From contig DASQWR010000240.1 in NCBI GenBank assembly GCA_035640155.1, positions 11,945 through 75,944 on the forward strand: DNA of 64,000 nt, read 5' to 3'. Positions 38,491-48,670 of the stretch are shown piece by piece; the first letter of the stretch is position 1; each line of letters opens with the position of its first letter. A program made the translations under genes and the position numbers. The stretch is from Pseudonocardiaceae bacterium (GTDB lineage Bacteria; Actinomycetota; Actinomycetes; Mycobacteriales; Pseudonocardiaceae). The notes beneath the pieces were generated by a model. That model saw nothing but the letters and a program-made list of their open reading frames with translations, did not search any database and was not told where the DNA came from.

Positions 38491-38999
38491 CGCTCTATCT
38501 GGACTCGTCGGCCATCGTGAAGCTCGTCCAGCGCGAGGCGGAGTCGGACGCCCTGCGCCGCTATCTCCGTCGGCATCGCATCGGCATGATCAGGCTGGCG
38601 CGCCGCCAGCTCGCCCGGCTCTACCTCGTTCCGCTGCATCGCAACCTCCTCGACGAGGCAGCGGAGATGGGCGATGTCGTCCTGCGCAGCCTCGACGCGG
38701 TGCACCTGGCCTCGGCGGCCCAACTGGGTGCCCACCTGCGCGCGGTCGTCACCTACGACACCCGGATGCAGACAGCGGCAGCTCGGCTGCACAGTGGCAG
38801 GCGCGCGCGGTCAGTGCTGCCGCGATCGAGTACCGCAGGCTCACCAGGTACCAGCAGCAGAACCGGTTGCCGCACGGCTCGGCTCAGCGCTGGCCGAGCT
38901 GAGCACCCTCGCCGGGTGGTGCTGCTACGACATCGGGCTATGTCGCCGGGCGCGGTGGCACTACCGGCCGGCAATGGACCTCGCCGCGCGAGTCGGTGA
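38487..38999 (+). pseudogene. VapC (PIN-domain) toxin, apparently degraded (internal deletion and lost stop)
   Basis: GTGA overlap with vapB. LYLDSSAIVKL (first Asp), LRSLDAVHLA and VVTYDTRM are present. The S-x-L-x-x-x-E segment is missing and the ORF runs about 70 codons past the expected end. Confidence 0.5.
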
Positions 39000-39581
39000 T
39001 GACCACCAGTTCGCTGACGTGCTGCAATACGTCGGCATCCTCGAACGGGTCGCAGGCCACCCGAACGATGCAGTGAATTTCTACCAGCTCGCTGGCGTCC
39101 GTCTCGGTGCGAAAAGTGATCTCGGACTGGTCGCGTGGGGGCATGGGTTGTCCGCTCTGCCGCTAGCTTACATGGGCCATGAACAGGCCACTGAGCACCT
39201 GCACAAAGCGCGGGAGGGTTGGCAGCCGTCGAACGCTTTTGAGCGCGCTGACATGCACTACCAGACCGCGCTGGTACAGGTGGAGCTGGGTAACTTGGAC
39301 GGTGCGGAGCGATTGGTGGCCCCCGATCAGCGGCGCGGGCCGACAACGGCGGCCGGTCGGTACCTTTGCGGGAAGTCCTCCGGGCGACGATCCATATGCA
39401 GGCCGGGGAGCCGCGAGGACTCACCATGGCCAAGGCCGCGATCGACGCCGTTGCGTTACTGCGCTCACAACGAGCGCGAGACCGACTCGTGCCGCTGATC
39501 TCAGCACTCGACTCGCGCTCCGGCAGCGATTATCGGGAGCTTGGGCGGATGGCGCGGCAGGTTGCTATCATGAGGGTGTAG
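38850..39581 (+). pseudogene. C-terminal TPR-like part of an XRE-family regulator, N-terminally truncated and frameshifted
   Basis: LAELSTLAGWCCYDIG...RARWHY..AMDLA (track ORF 38674..39498) continues in another frame as ...LLRSQRARDRLVPLISAL (39366..39581). No HTH part. Confidence 0.4.
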
Positions 39582-39692
39582 GTACCTGGCGTGTCTCGCC
39601 GCGCTCAGCGCTCTCTCCGTGGCCTTTCGGTCGGCGCGTAGGTGCAGCTCCCAGGATTCGAGCAGGGCGGCCAGATCGGGCGAGGCGGTCAT
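39560..39692 (-). pseudogene. 5' stub of a tyrosine recombinase/integrase
   Basis: MTASPDLAALLESWELHLRADRKA resembles integrase N-termini (LL.SWEL.LRAERKS). No catalytic domain follows. Confidence 0.35.
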
Positions 39693-39717
39693 GCCCGATA
39701 TCAACCCATCCGGATCA

Positions 39718-41115
39718 TCAGTCCAGGTAGTCGCGCAGCACCTGGGAGCGTGACGGGTGGCGCAGCTTCGACATGGTCTTGGACTCGATCTGGCGGATCC
39801 GCTCCCGGGTCACCCCGTAGACCTGGCCGATCTCATCGAGGGTGCGGGGCTGCCCGTCGGTGAGCCCGAAGCGCAGCCGCACCACGCCCGCCTCGCGCTC
39901 GGACAGCGTCGCCAGCACGGACTGCAGCTGGTCCTGCAGCAGCGTGAACGACACCGCGTCCACGGCCACCACGGCTTCGGAGTCCTCGATGAAGTCACCG
40001 AGCTGGCTGTCGCCTTCGTCCCCGATGGTCTGGTCGAGCGAGATGGGCTCCCGGGCGTACTGCTGGATCTCCAGCACCTTCTCCGGGGTGATGTCCATCT
40101 CCTTCGCCAGCTCCTCCGGGGTGGGCTCGCGGCCCAGGTCCTGAAGCAGCTCCCGCTGGATCCGGCCGAGCTTGTTGATGACCTCGACCATGTGCACCGG
40201 GATCCGGATGGTGCGGGCCTGGTCGGCCATCGCTCGGGTGATCGCCTGCCGGATCCACCAGGTGGCGTAGGTGGAGAACTTGTAACCCTTGGTGTAGTCG
40301 AACTTCTCGACGGCGCGGATCAGGCCGAGGTTGCCCTCCTGGATCAGGTCCAGGAACGCCATGCCGCGGCCGGTGTAGCGCTTCGCCAGGGACACCACGA
40401 GCCGAAGGTTTGCCTCCAGCAGGTGGTTCTTCGCGCGCTCGCCGTCGCGGACGATCCAGCGCAGGTCGCGGCGTAGCTGCGAGGACAGCTTCTCGGTGGT
40501 CTCCTCGACCTTGCGCACCCGTTCCGCGGCGTAGAGCCCGGCCTCGATGCGTTTGGCGAGCTCCACCTCCTCCTCGGCGTTGAGCAGTGCCACCTTGCCG
40601 ATCTGCTTGAGGTAGGCGCGGACCGAGTCGGCCGAGGCGGTGAGCTCGGCGTCCTTGCGGGCCTGCCGCAACGCCTCGGACTCCTCCTCGTCCCAGACGA
40701 AGTCCTCGCCGCCGGGACCCTTACGGGCCGCAGCCTCCTCGGGGGTCTCCTCGACCTCGGCCACCACGATGTCCTCGACCTCCGCGACCGCGATGTCCTC
40801 GACCTCGGCGAGGTCCTCGGCGGCGGGCCCACCCTCGAGCTCCGGGGCGTCGGCATCGGCCGGGGCGGGAGGCACGAGGGCCTCCGCCGGCTCGGCCGTC
40901 GTCGAGGGCGTCTTGCGTTGTGCGGTCTTGCTAGCCGACCGGGCCGCCCTGCTCCTGGTCGCGGTGCCAATGGACACCGAGCCCGGAGAGGGCACTGCGG
41001 CCAGATCGGCGGTCACCTCGGCGCTACCGCTGGTGCCACCCCGGCCGGACGGCTTCTTGGTGGCCGTCTCCGGCGTGGAGGCGGAGCGTCGGGATGCGGA
41101 TTCTGCGGCTGCCAC
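39718..41115 (-). CDS. sigA: Principal RNA polymerase sigma factor SigA/HrdB
   Basis: Ala/Glu/Pro-rich N-terminus, then regions 1.2-4.2 ([51 protein letters not shown]). GTG start. Confidence 0.96.
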   Translation of the reverse strand: MAAAESASRRSASTPETATKKPSGRGGTSGSAEVTADLAAVPSPGSVSIGTATRSRAARSASKTAQRKTPSTTAEPAEALVPPAPADADAPELEGGPAAEDLAEVEDIAVAEVEDIVVAEVEETPEEAAARKGPGGEDFVWDEEESEALRQARKDAELTASADSVRAYLKQIGKVALLNAEEEVELAKRIEAGLYAAERVRKVEETTEKLSSQLRRDLRWIVRDGERAKNHLLEANLRLVVSLAKRYTGRGMAFLDLIQEGNLGLIRAVEKFDYTKGYKFSTYATWWIRQAITRAMADQARTIRIPVHMVEVINKLGRIQRELLQDLGREPTPEELAKEMDITPEKVLEIQQYAREPISLDQTIGDEGDSQLGDFIEDSEAVVAVDAVSFTLLQDQLQSVLATLSEREAGVVRLRFGLTDGQPRTLDEIGQVYGVTRERIRQIESKTMSKLRHPSRSQVLRDYLD

Positions 41116-41324
41116 GGACGGCCTTTCGAGACGGTCGGTGTTCGACTGGGTCTGTTATGCCGGTCGTCGTTCCGGGCTACGCCGATGCGGGGACCGAACC
41201 TCGGCACCAGGAATGTGGCGCCGGGAGCGGTGTGGACCAGCGGCTCGGGAACGATGCCGTGCCTCATTGTAACGGCGCAGGCGGCCTGCGGTCCGAACGT
41301 GCTCCCGGACCCAGACGGCTGACA

Positions 41325-42077
41325 TCAGGGTACCCTACCCTCCGCTGCGGCCGCCGCCGCGCCGACGATGCCCGCGCTGTTCTGCAGCAACGCTGCCACC
41401 ACCTCGGTGCGGCACTCCAGCAGCGGCAGCCACGTCTGCGCCTTCTTGCTCACCCCGCCACCCGCGATGATCAGGTCGGGCCACACGAGGTTCTCCAGCA
41501 CCTGGAGGTAGCGCGACACCCGGCCGGCCCACTCCTCCCACGAGAGGTCCTCGGCGTCTCGCGCGGCGGCGGCGGCGCGGGTCTCGGCGTCGTACCCGTC
41601 GACCTCCAGGTGACCGAACTCGGTGTTGGGCACCAGCTCCCCCTCGAGGAACAGTGCGCTGCCGATCCCGGTGCCGAAGGTCAGCAGTACGACCACCCCG
41701 GCGCAGCCGCGTCCGGCACCGAAACGCATCTCGGCCAGACCGGCGGCATCGGCGTCGTTGAGCACCACCACCGGCAAGCCGGTGCGGCGGTGGAAAAGAT
41801 CAGCGGCGTCGGTGCCGATCCACGCGACATCCACGTTCGCAGCTGTGTGCGCCCTGCCCTGCTTGACCACGGAGGGCAGCGTCACGCCCAGCGGACCCGT
41901 CCACCCGAAGTGTTCGACGACCAGCCCCACCACGTCTGCCACCGCGTCCGGAGCGGACGGCTGCGGGGTGGGGATGCGCAACCGCTCGTCATCCAGCGAA
42001 CCGACCCGCAGGTCCACCGGCGCGCCCTTGATCCCGGAACCACCGATGTCCACCCCGAATCCGCGCGTGCTGGCCAT
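41325..42077 (-). CDS. ppgK: Polyphosphate glucokinase (ROK family)
   Basis: GVDIGGSGIK, NDADAAG, GTGIGSALF. Confidence 0.9.
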   Translation of the reverse strand: MASTRGFGVDIGGSGIKGAPVDLRVGSLDDERLRIPTPQPSAPDAVADVVGLVVEHFGWTGPLGVTLPSVVKQGRAHTAANVDVAWIGTDAADLFHRRTGLPVVVLNDADAAGLAEMRFGAGRGCAGVVVLLTFGTGIGSALFLEGELVPNTEFGHLEVDGYDAETRAAAAARDAEDLSWEEWAGRVSRYLQVLENLVWPDLIIAGGGVSKKAQTWLPLLECRTEVVAALLQNSAGIVGAAAAAAEGRVP

Positions 42078-42157
42078 CTCGCCTCGGTCCCTTTCCCGTG
42101 GTACCGCCACCACGGGCAGCAACCCTAGCCGCCGGGACGCTCGGGCGATGTGGTCGG

Positions 42158-43030
42158 ATGGCCACCGTGGCGACCGGGCGCACTCCTGCGGACCTCGATG
42201 GTGAAGGCTCCGACGGCGGGGAGGTTGAGCGGTTGCGGGCCGTGGCGGTGGACGTCGCGCGCGAGGTGGGGGAGCTCACCGTGGCGGTGCGCGCGTCCGC
42301 GGTGGCCGACGTTGCCACCAAGAGCAGCGACACCGACGTGGTCACTTCAGGCGACACCGCCGCCGAGCGTCTGGCCCGCGAGCTGCTGGCGTGCTACCGC
42401 CCCGGCGATCCGGTGCTGGGAGAGGAGGAGGGCGGCGGCGAGGTGGCGCCGGGCGCCGTCTGCTGGGTGGTCGATCCGATCGACGGCACGGTCAACTACC
42501 TGTATGGCCTGCCCTGGTGGGCGGTGTCGGTGGGGGCGCAGCGAGATGGCGTCACACTGGCCGGGGCGGTGGTGCAGCCGCCATCGGGGCGGTGCTGGAG
42601 CGCTGCCCGTGGCGGGGGCGCCGAGTGCGACGGGTCCCCGCTGCGCGTCACCCAGGTCAGCGCACTGGACCAGGCCCTGGTTGGCACCGGATTCAGCTAC
42701 CGGGCCGAGCGCAGGGCCCGGCAGGCTGCCCTGGTGACCGCGTTGCTGCCCCGGGTGCGTGATATCCGGCGTGTCGGCTCCGCGGCGCTCGACCTGTGCG
42801 CGGTCGCCTCGGGATGGCTCGACGGATACGTCGAGCACGGGTTGCACCGTTGGGACTGGGCCGCGGGCGCTCTCGTCGCCGCGGAAGCCGGCGCTGTGCT
42901 GCGGCTGCCCGGTGAGGCCGCGGACGGACTGGCTGCCGACGGGTTGGGGGATGCGGTGCTCGCCGCTGCCCCCGGGATCGCAGCTGACCTGGTGACGTTG
43001 CTGCGCGACTGCGAGGCCGGGCAGGTGTGA
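42158..43030 (+). CDS. suhB: Inositol monophosphatase family protein (SuhB-like)
   Basis: DVVTSGD, LGEE, WVVDPIDGTVNY, SAALDLC motifs. Confidence 0.88.
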   Translation: MATVATGRTPADLDGEGSDGGEVERLRAVAVDVAREVGELTVAVRASAVADVATKSSDTDVVTSGDTAAERLARELLACYRPGDPVLGEEEGGGEVAPGAVCWVVDPIDGTVNYLYGLPWWAVSVGAQRDGVTLAGAVVQPPSGRCWSAARGGGAECDGSPLRVTQVSALDQALVGTGFSYRAERRARQAALVTALLPRVRDIRRVGSAALDLCAVASGWLDGYVEHGLHRWDWAAGALVAAEAGAVLRLPGEAADGLAADGLGDAVLAAAPGIAADLVTLLRDCEAGQV

Positions 43031-43031
43031 G

Positions 43032-43790
43032 CTATCGCGCCGCCTCGCAGTCCACGTCGCGCGCCGCGTCGATCTGCTGCGGGTCGATCGCGGGCTGCAC
43101 CGGCTGGGCTGCCTGGCCACCCTGGGCCGCCTGGCCGCCGTGGGGAGCCCCGGACGGCGGAGCGGGCTGCCCCAGCCGCACCAAGCTCGCCAGCACGGAC
43201 TGGGCCTCCGCGTTGGGTGCCAGCCCGGTGAAGCTGGTACCCAACGCCAGGTCCACCACATCGCCGGGCCGCGGGTCGCGCACCAGCTCCGCGCAGGGCA
43301 CCACCAGGCTCAGGGTGCGCGCTGCCCCGATGCCGCCTCCCCCGAACCGGATCTGCCCGGGACAGTTGAGTTCGAACGTCGGGTGCAACGGGTCGTTCGC
43401 CGGCTCGGCCGCGGGCCGGAAGCCGAGATCAGTCAGACCGGCCGAGACGATGGCTGCCTCCCCCCGCTGGCCGTTCCCGTTGAGCACCTGGACCCGGGCG
43501 AGCTGCGGCGGAGCGGGTGGCACCTCGTCCAGCGCCGTCCGATCCAGCACCTCCCCCGAAGGCGGCGCGCCGGCCACGGCTGGAGGCGGCGGGCAGTCCA
43601 GGGCTGCCTGGGAACTGGTGGACCCGAGCACGGTCAGCCACACTGTTCCGGCGACGGAGCCGAGCAGCAGGATCAGCAGCAGCGCGGGCACGGGCTTGCG
43701 CCTGCGGTAGCGGAGCGACCGCAAACCTGGTGACGATCTGGCCGCAGCCACGGACCGGCGTCCTCCCTGGCGTGGGCACCCGTCGCGCAC
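43032..43790 (-). CDS. LytR_C domain envelope protein (Cei / Rv2700-like)
   Basis: N-terminal TM helix, then VQVLNGNGQRGEAAIVSAGLTDLGF. Start 43790 or 43751 (both GTG). Confidence 0.75.
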   Translation of the reverse strand: MRDGCPRQGGRRSVAAARSSPGLRSLRYRRRKPVPALLLILLLGSVAGTVWLTVLGSTSSQAALDCPPPPAVAGAPPSGEVLDRTALDEVPPAPPQLARVQVLNGNGQRGEAAIVSAGLTDLGFRPAAEPANDPLHPTFELNCPGQIRFGGGGIGAARTLSLVVPCAELVRDPRPGDVVDLALGTSFTGLAPNAEAQSVLASLVRLGQPAPPSGAPHGGQAAQGGQAAQPVQPAIDPQQIDAARDVDCEAAR

Positions 43791-44099
43791 GGCGCCTGTT
43801 CGATCAGCCTAGGGGGCTGCAGCGGCCTGATGCAGCCGAACAGACCGCGTCCGGGTGCCGGTTCCCCCGGTCGAGGCGGTTCGCGCTGGAGAACGAGCCG
43901 GTGCGCGACAGGTGATCGCGACCTGGGTACCCTCGCGCCGCTCCGGTGGCTCCTGGCCCTGCCCCGCGCTGGGTGGACCAACCGTCCGGGCACGCCGTCG
44001 ATGCTGCTCTGCGCCGTGAGCATCGTCACGGGCACAAATAACGACGCCCAAACGTTGTGCAGCGGCACGACACGTTACGAACAGGGGTGGGACGGGACA

Positions 44100-44402
44100 A
44101 TGGCGACCGACTACGACGCTCCGCGGCGCACCGAGACCGACGAGATGGCGGAGGACTCGCTGGAGGAGCTGAAGGCACGGCGAAACGAGGCACAGTCAGG
44201 CGCGGTCGACGTCGACGAGTCGGAGAGCGCGGAGAACTTCGAGCTGCCCGGTGCCGATCTGTCCGGCGAGGAGCTGACGGTTCGGGTGCTGCCCAAGCAG
44301 GCGGACGAGTTCACCTGCACGAGCTGCTTCCTGGTGCACCACCGCAGCCGTCTCGCCGAGATACCCGGCGGGCGGCTGATCTGTCGCGACTGTGCTGCCT
44401 GA
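44100..44402 (+). CDS. DUF4193 domain-containing protein (Rv2699c-like, 100 aa)
   Basis: MATDYDAPR..., acidic centre, CTSC...CRDC zinc ribbon. Confidence 0.8.
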   Translation: MATDYDAPRRTETDEMAEDSLEELKARRNEAQSGAVDVDESESAENFELPGADLSGEELTVRVLPKQADEFTCTSCFLVHHRSRLAEIPGGRLICRDCAA

Positions 44403-44850
44403 GCAGATCGGCGAGCTGCTCGCAGCGCCGCACGCTGAACAGCCAATACGGCGTGGGATCCTGGGGGTCGGTGAGCTCCACCCGCACCATCGGTCCGATC
44501 CACGGCCGGTGCACCACGAACGCGGCCGGGTCCAGCTCGGGCCCCAGCACCCGCCGCTTGTCCCCCGGCTGGACTGTGGCGATCCGCCCCGCATGGTGCA
44601 GCGGGAGGTGTGCAGGACCGACGTGCAGCTCGCCGGCCGTGACCCGCACCCGGTGCCGGCCGAGCCAGACCAGAACCGCCAGCGCCAGCGGCACCGTGAG
44701 CAGGTAGGGCAGCCACGCTCGCAGGCCGGGCTGGCCGAGATGCACCTCGGCGGCGAGCAGCGTCGCGATCGCGGCGCCGATCGGCCACCACCACCACGGC
44801 ACGGTCAGCCGTTCGGTGAACTCCGGGCCTGGGGCGGGACGATCGGGCAC
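44311..44850 (-). CDS. DUF3093 domain-containing membrane protein (Rv2698-like)
   Basis: [16 protein letters not shown] plus a second TM helix, then a PH-like part. Confidence 0.75.
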   Translation of the reverse strand: MPDRPAPGPEFTERLTVPWWWWPIGAAIATLLAAEVHLGQPGLRAWLPYLLTVPLALAVLVWLGRHRVRVTAGELHVGPAHLPLHHAGRIATVQPGDKRRVLGPELDPAAFVVHRPWIGPMVRVELTDPQDPTPYWLFSVRRCEQLADLLRQHSRDRSAARRVSRRDGCGGAPGSSSCR

Positions 44851-44941
44851 GTTGGCGAGGGTAGTCTCGCCCCCCGTGTCCAGCGCCGCGTCCGGTGTCG
44901 AATCAGGTTTCCTGCCTGGGGTCGAACCGCGGCCCGTCGAG

Positions 44942-45421
44942 GTGCTGCTGGCCCGGCTCGACCCCGAGGTCCCGGCACCCGCCTACGCCCGGCCTGGGGA
45001 TGCCGGGGCGGACCTGGTGACCACCAGTGACGTCGTGCTCGCACCGGGGGAGCGCGTCGTGATCGGCACTGGGGTGGCCATCGCGCTGCCGCCCGGATAC
45101 GCCGGGTTCGTGCACCCGCGATCCGGGCTGGCGGCCCGGGTGGGGCTCAGCGTGGTCAACACCCCCGGAACCATCGACTCCGGTTACCGGGGGGAGATCC
45201 GGGTGTGCCTGATCAACCACGACCTGGCGCGCCCAGTCGTGCTCCAGCGGTTGGACCGGATCGCGCAGCTGCTGGTGCAGCGGGTGGAACGGGTCGCGTT
45301 CCGCGAGGTGACCGCGCTGCCGACGTCCGACCGGGGTGGCGGCGGGTACGGATCCACCGGCGGGCACCGCGAGCCGAGTGCTCCGACGGGGATCGGGCCC
45401 ACCCCGAGCAGAGAGGTCTGA
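44942..45421 (+). CDS. dut: dUTP diphosphatase
   Basis: [38 protein letters not shown] 44942 gives 159 aa (alternative GTG 44876). Confidence 0.9.
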   Translation: MLLARLDPEVPAPAYARPGDAGADLVTTSDVVLAPGERVVIGTGVAIALPPGYAGFVHPRSGLAARVGLSVVNTPGTIDSGYRGEIRVCLINHDLARPVVLQRLDRIAQLLVQRVERVAFREVTALPTSDRGGGGYGSTGGHREPSAPTGIGPTPSREV

Positions 45422-45424
45422 CCA

Positions 45425-46120
45425 GTGTTCGGAGAGCGCCACCGGCAGCGGCATGAGCCCGTCGACGGGGCCTTCCTCGACGAGGAGCCTGCGGCCGGGG
45501 AGGAGATCCGCGGGGAGGACGCGGCGTCGGCCGGAGGGCCCTACGACGCTATTGCCGCCCCGGTCGACGACCGCGCCCGCCTCGACCTGGGATCGCTGCG
45601 GCTGCCGGTGCCCGAGGGTGCTCAGCTGCAGGTGGAGGTGGACCGCGGTGGCCCCGTCCGCGCGGTGCACCTGGTCGTGCCGCAGGGGCAGATCACCGTC
45701 ACCGCCTACGCCGCCCCTCGCAGTCGCGGGCTGTGGGCCGAGGTGGCCAGGGAGCTCGCGGGTCAGCTGCGTTCCGACGGGGCGCGGATCGGGCTGCATT
45801 CCGGGGAGTGGGGCCGTGAAGTCTCCGCCGTCACTCCCGAAGTGGTGCTGCGGTTCCTCGGAGTGGACGGGCCGCGCTGGATGCTGCGTGGCGTCGCCGC
45901 CGGCTCGCAGGAACAGGCTGATGCGCTGGCGGAGGCGCTGCGGGACGTGGTGCGCGCCACGGTGGTCGTGCGTGGCCCGGAGCCGCTTCCGGTGCGCAGC
46001 CCGCTGCCGCTGCAGCTGCCCGAGGCGCTGGCCAAGCAGCTCGAGCAGATTGCGCCCCAGGCCAAGCAGGGTGCCCAGGCCAAGCGCGGTGGCCAGCCTC
46101 AGCAGCGCGGGAGACGTTGA
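45425..46120 (+). CDS. DUF3710 domain-containing protein (Rv2696c-like)
   Basis: GPYD...LDLGSLRLPVPEGAQLQVEV...ITVTAYAAP. Confidence 0.8.
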   Translation: MFGERHRQRHEPVDGAFLDEEPAAGEEIRGEDAASAGGPYDAIAAPVDDRARLDLGSLRLPVPEGAQLQVEVDRGGPVRAVHLVVPQGQITVTAYAAPRSRGLWAEVARELAGQLRSDGARIGLHSGEWGREVSAVTPEVVLRFLGVDGPRWMLRGVAAGSQEQADALAEALRDVVRATVVVRGPEPLPVRSPLPLQLPEALAKQLEQIAPQAKQGAQAKRGGQPQQRGRR

Positions 46121-46220
46121 CCTGACGGTAGCCACGTCACAACCGTCCCGGCGTCTCCCGGGCGGGGTTACGCTGGCATCAACGGGGCCGTCGGGACCCT
46201 CCATCAAGTCGGAGTACGAG

Positions 46221-46586
46221 ATGAGCGGTTACTGGGGGCGCATGATGCGCCGCCTGACCACCGAGGCCGAGGAGCTGGACGCGGACGACCTGTCCCGGAC
46301 GTCGTCCGCAGCGGGAGCGCAGCACGCCTGCGACTGTGCCTGCGGGGAGGAGGCCATCCTACTCGGGCGGTTGCGCAGCGTCGAGCTGTGCCCGCGGGAG
46401 GCGGTCGCGACGTTGGAAGCAGAGCTCTTCGACGGCTCCGAAGGCATCACCCTGGTCTGGCTGGGCCGTCGCCGGATCCCCGGGATCGAGCCCGGGCGGA
46501 TGGTGCGGGCATCGGGCCGAGTCGCGGTCCGGGACGGTCGTAAGGTGCTCTACAACCCCTACTACGAACTGCAGCGGAGCCGATGA
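46221..46586 (+). CDS. OB-fold nucleic-acid-binding domain protein (Rv2695-like)
   Basis: ATG 46221 inside track ORF 45336..46586. ...ITLVWLGRRRIPGIEPG...LYNPYYEL. Confidence 0.75.
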   Translation: MSGYWGRMMRRLTTEAEELDADDLSRTSSAAGAQHACDCACGEEAILLGRLRSVELCPREAVATLEAELFDGSEGITLVWLGRRRIPGIEPGRMVRASGRVAVRDGRKVLYNPYYELQRSR

Positions 46587-47260
46587 CGCACCGAATCCCG
46601 CCCCGGTCCGCCGGGGTCGTGAGCGGCCCCCCCGGGTCGAGCCCCACGATGCTGGAGCAGATGGGCGGTGTCGGGGGACTGGTGTCCTCCACCGTGCCGG
46701 TCGTGGTGTTCGTGCCGGTCAACGCCTACGCCGGTCTCACCGCCGCCATCTGGTCCGCGATCGGCGTCGCGCTGCTTGTCGCGCTGTGGCGTTTCGCGCG
46801 CCGCGAGCCGCTCCAACCGGCGGTCTCCGGCCTGCTCGGTGTGGGGGTCGCAACCTTCATCGCCTACCGCACCGGCTCGGCCAAGGGGTACTTCCTCTTC
46901 GGCATCTGGGCGAGCCTGGCCTACGCGGCGGTCTTCGCCGTCTCGGTGGTGGCCCGCTGGCCGTTGGTGGGCCTGATCTGGCACGCCGTCAACGGCGACG
47001 GCCACTCCTGGCGGAACGACCGGGCGTTGCGGCGCGCCTACGACATCGCAACGCTCACCTGGATCGGGGTGTTCACCGCCCGGTTCGGGGTGCAGAAGTG
47101 GCTCTACGACGCCGACTCGGAGACGCTGCTCGGGGTGGCTCGGATCGCGATGGGCATCCCGCTCACCGTGGTGGCGATCCTGGTCACCGTGTGGGCGGTC
47201 CGCCGGGCCACCCGTCGTTCCGCGAACCCCGTAGCCACCCCCACCGCAGCGGAGACTTGA
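46583..47260 (+). CDS. DUF3159 domain-containing membrane protein (Rv2694c-like)
   Basis: ATGA overlap with the preceding gene. Multiple TM helices. Confidence 0.8.
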   Translation: MTHRIPPRSAGVVSGPPGSSPTMLEQMGGVGGLVSSTVPVVVFVPVNAYAGLTAAIWSAIGVALLVALWRFARREPLQPAVSGLLGVGVATFIAYRTGSAKGYFLFGIWASLAYAAVFAVSVVARWPLVGLIWHAVNGDGHSWRNDRALRRAYDIATLTWIGVFTARFGVQKWLYDADSETLLGVARIAMGIPLTVVAILVTVWAVRRATRRSANPVATPTAAET

Positions 47261-47267
47261 GCGGGTC

Positions 47268-47924
47268 TCACCGATCCAACGCGGCCCGCAGGTCGGCCTC
47301 CACGGCGACGGCCGCGACGAACAGCAGTTCGTCGTCGCCCTCAATCGGTTCGTCGGCCTGCGGCACGATCACCCGCCCGTCCCGCAGGATGGCGACGAGC
47401 GCGGCGTCGGTCGGGAGATCGAGCTGACGCACCGGGATCCCGGCGAGTGGCGTGTCCTCCGGCAGGGTCACCTCGATGAGGTTGGCCTGACCCCGGCGCA
47501 GGGTCATCAGGCGCACCAGATCCCCGACGCTGACCGCCTCCTCGACCACGGCCGCGAGCATGCGGGGGGTGGACACCGCCACGTCGACACCCCACGCCTC
47601 GGTGAACAACCACTCGTTGTGCGGATCGTTGACCCGGGCGGCCACCCGGCGCACCGCGAACTCCGTCTTAGCCAGCAGCGACACCACGAGGTTCACCTTG
47701 TCGTCGCCGGTGGCGGCCACTACGACGTCACACCGCTCGAGGCCGGCCTCCTCGAGTGAGCCGAACTCACAGGCGTCGGCGTGCACCCACTCCGCGGCCT
47801 CGACCTGGTGAGTGTCCAGCGCAGTGGCGTCACGCTCGATGAGCATCACCTGGTGGGAGTTCTCGATCAGCTCGGCGGCGATGGACCGGCCGACCGCACC
47901 GGCTCCGGCGATGGCCACGCGCAT
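47268..47924 (-). CDS. TrkA-family K+ uptake regulatory protein (CeoC-like)
   Basis: MRVAIAGAGAVGRS Rossmann motif plus a TrkA-C domain. Confidence 0.9.
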   Translation of the reverse strand: MRVAIAGAGAVGRSIAAELIENSHQVMLIERDATALDTHQVEAAEWVHADACEFGSLEEAGLERCDVVVAATGDDKVNLVVSLLAKTEFAVRRVAARVNDPHNEWLFTEAWGVDVAVSTPRMLAAVVEEAVSVGDLVRLMTLRRGQANLIEVTLPEDTPLAGIPVRQLDLPTDAALVAILRDGRVIVPQADEPIEGDDELLFVAAVAVEADLRAALDR

Positions 47925-47939
47925 CTGAGGCTCCTCGGG

Positions 47940-48602
47940 TCACTCGGCCGGGGGTGGTTCGGTGGCGACGGCGGTGACGGCGTTGACGGTGCCGGACACC
48001 ACCGCCGCATAGACCTGGTCGTCTGCCTGCAGCAGGTTCTGGTTGTCAGGCAGCACCCCGCGGCCGAACCGCACGATGAACGCCACCCGGGCGCCGGTAG
48101 CCGCCTCCAGGTCACGCACGCTGCGGCCGACCCAGTCGTCGTGCAGGGGGAGCTGCAGCACGGCCACGGTTCCGGACGGGTCCCGCCACGCGGTGGACGC
48201 CCCGTCGGGCAGCAGCATCCGCAGGAACCGGTCGGTCGTCCACGGCACCGTGGCCACCGTGGGAATGCCGAGGCGCTCGAAGACCGCCGCACGCTTCGGG
48301 TCATAGATCCTTGCCACCACCCGCTGGACACCGAAGGTCTCCCGGGCCACTCGGGCGGCGATGATGTTGGAGTTGTCACCGCTGGACACCGCGGCGAACG
48401 CGCCGGCGCCCTCGATGCCCGCCTCCACGAGCACCGCGCGGTCGAACCCGGTGCCAACCACCTGCCGACCGTGGAAGTCCGCGCTCAGCCTGCGGAAGGA
48501 GTGTGGTTCCCGGTCCACCACGGCCACCTCGTGGCCGAGCCGTTCCAGCCCCATGGCGAGACCGGACCCCACCCGCCCACACCCCATCACCACGACGCGC
48601 AC
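47940..48602 (-). CDS. TrkA-family K+ uptake regulatory protein (CeoB-like)
   Basis: VRVVVMGCGRVGSG. GTG 48602. Confidence 0.9.
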   Translation of the reverse strand: MRVVVMGCGRVGSGLAMGLERLGHEVAVVDREPHSFRRLSADFHGRQVVGTGFDRAVLVEAGIEGAGAFAAVSSGDNSNIIAARVARETFGVQRVVARIYDPKRAAVFERLGIPTVATVPWTTDRFLRMLLPDGASTAWRDPSGTVAVLQLPLHDDWVGRSVRDLEAATGARVAFIVRFGRGVLPDNQNLLQADDQVYAAVVSGTVNAVTAVATEPPPAE

Positions 48603-48670
48603 GCGATGTCTCTCCCGACCTCGTCGACTGCGATGCACGGTACCGGCTGGCGAGCCTTACGCTTCGCGCC

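Noticed and set aside
43791-44099. 310-bp spacer between cei and the DUF4193 gene, including + ORF 43830..44099
   Set aside because: The translation is Arg/Pro/Gly-rich and in-frame only by chance with the real ATG at 44100. No structured RNA was recognisable by eye.
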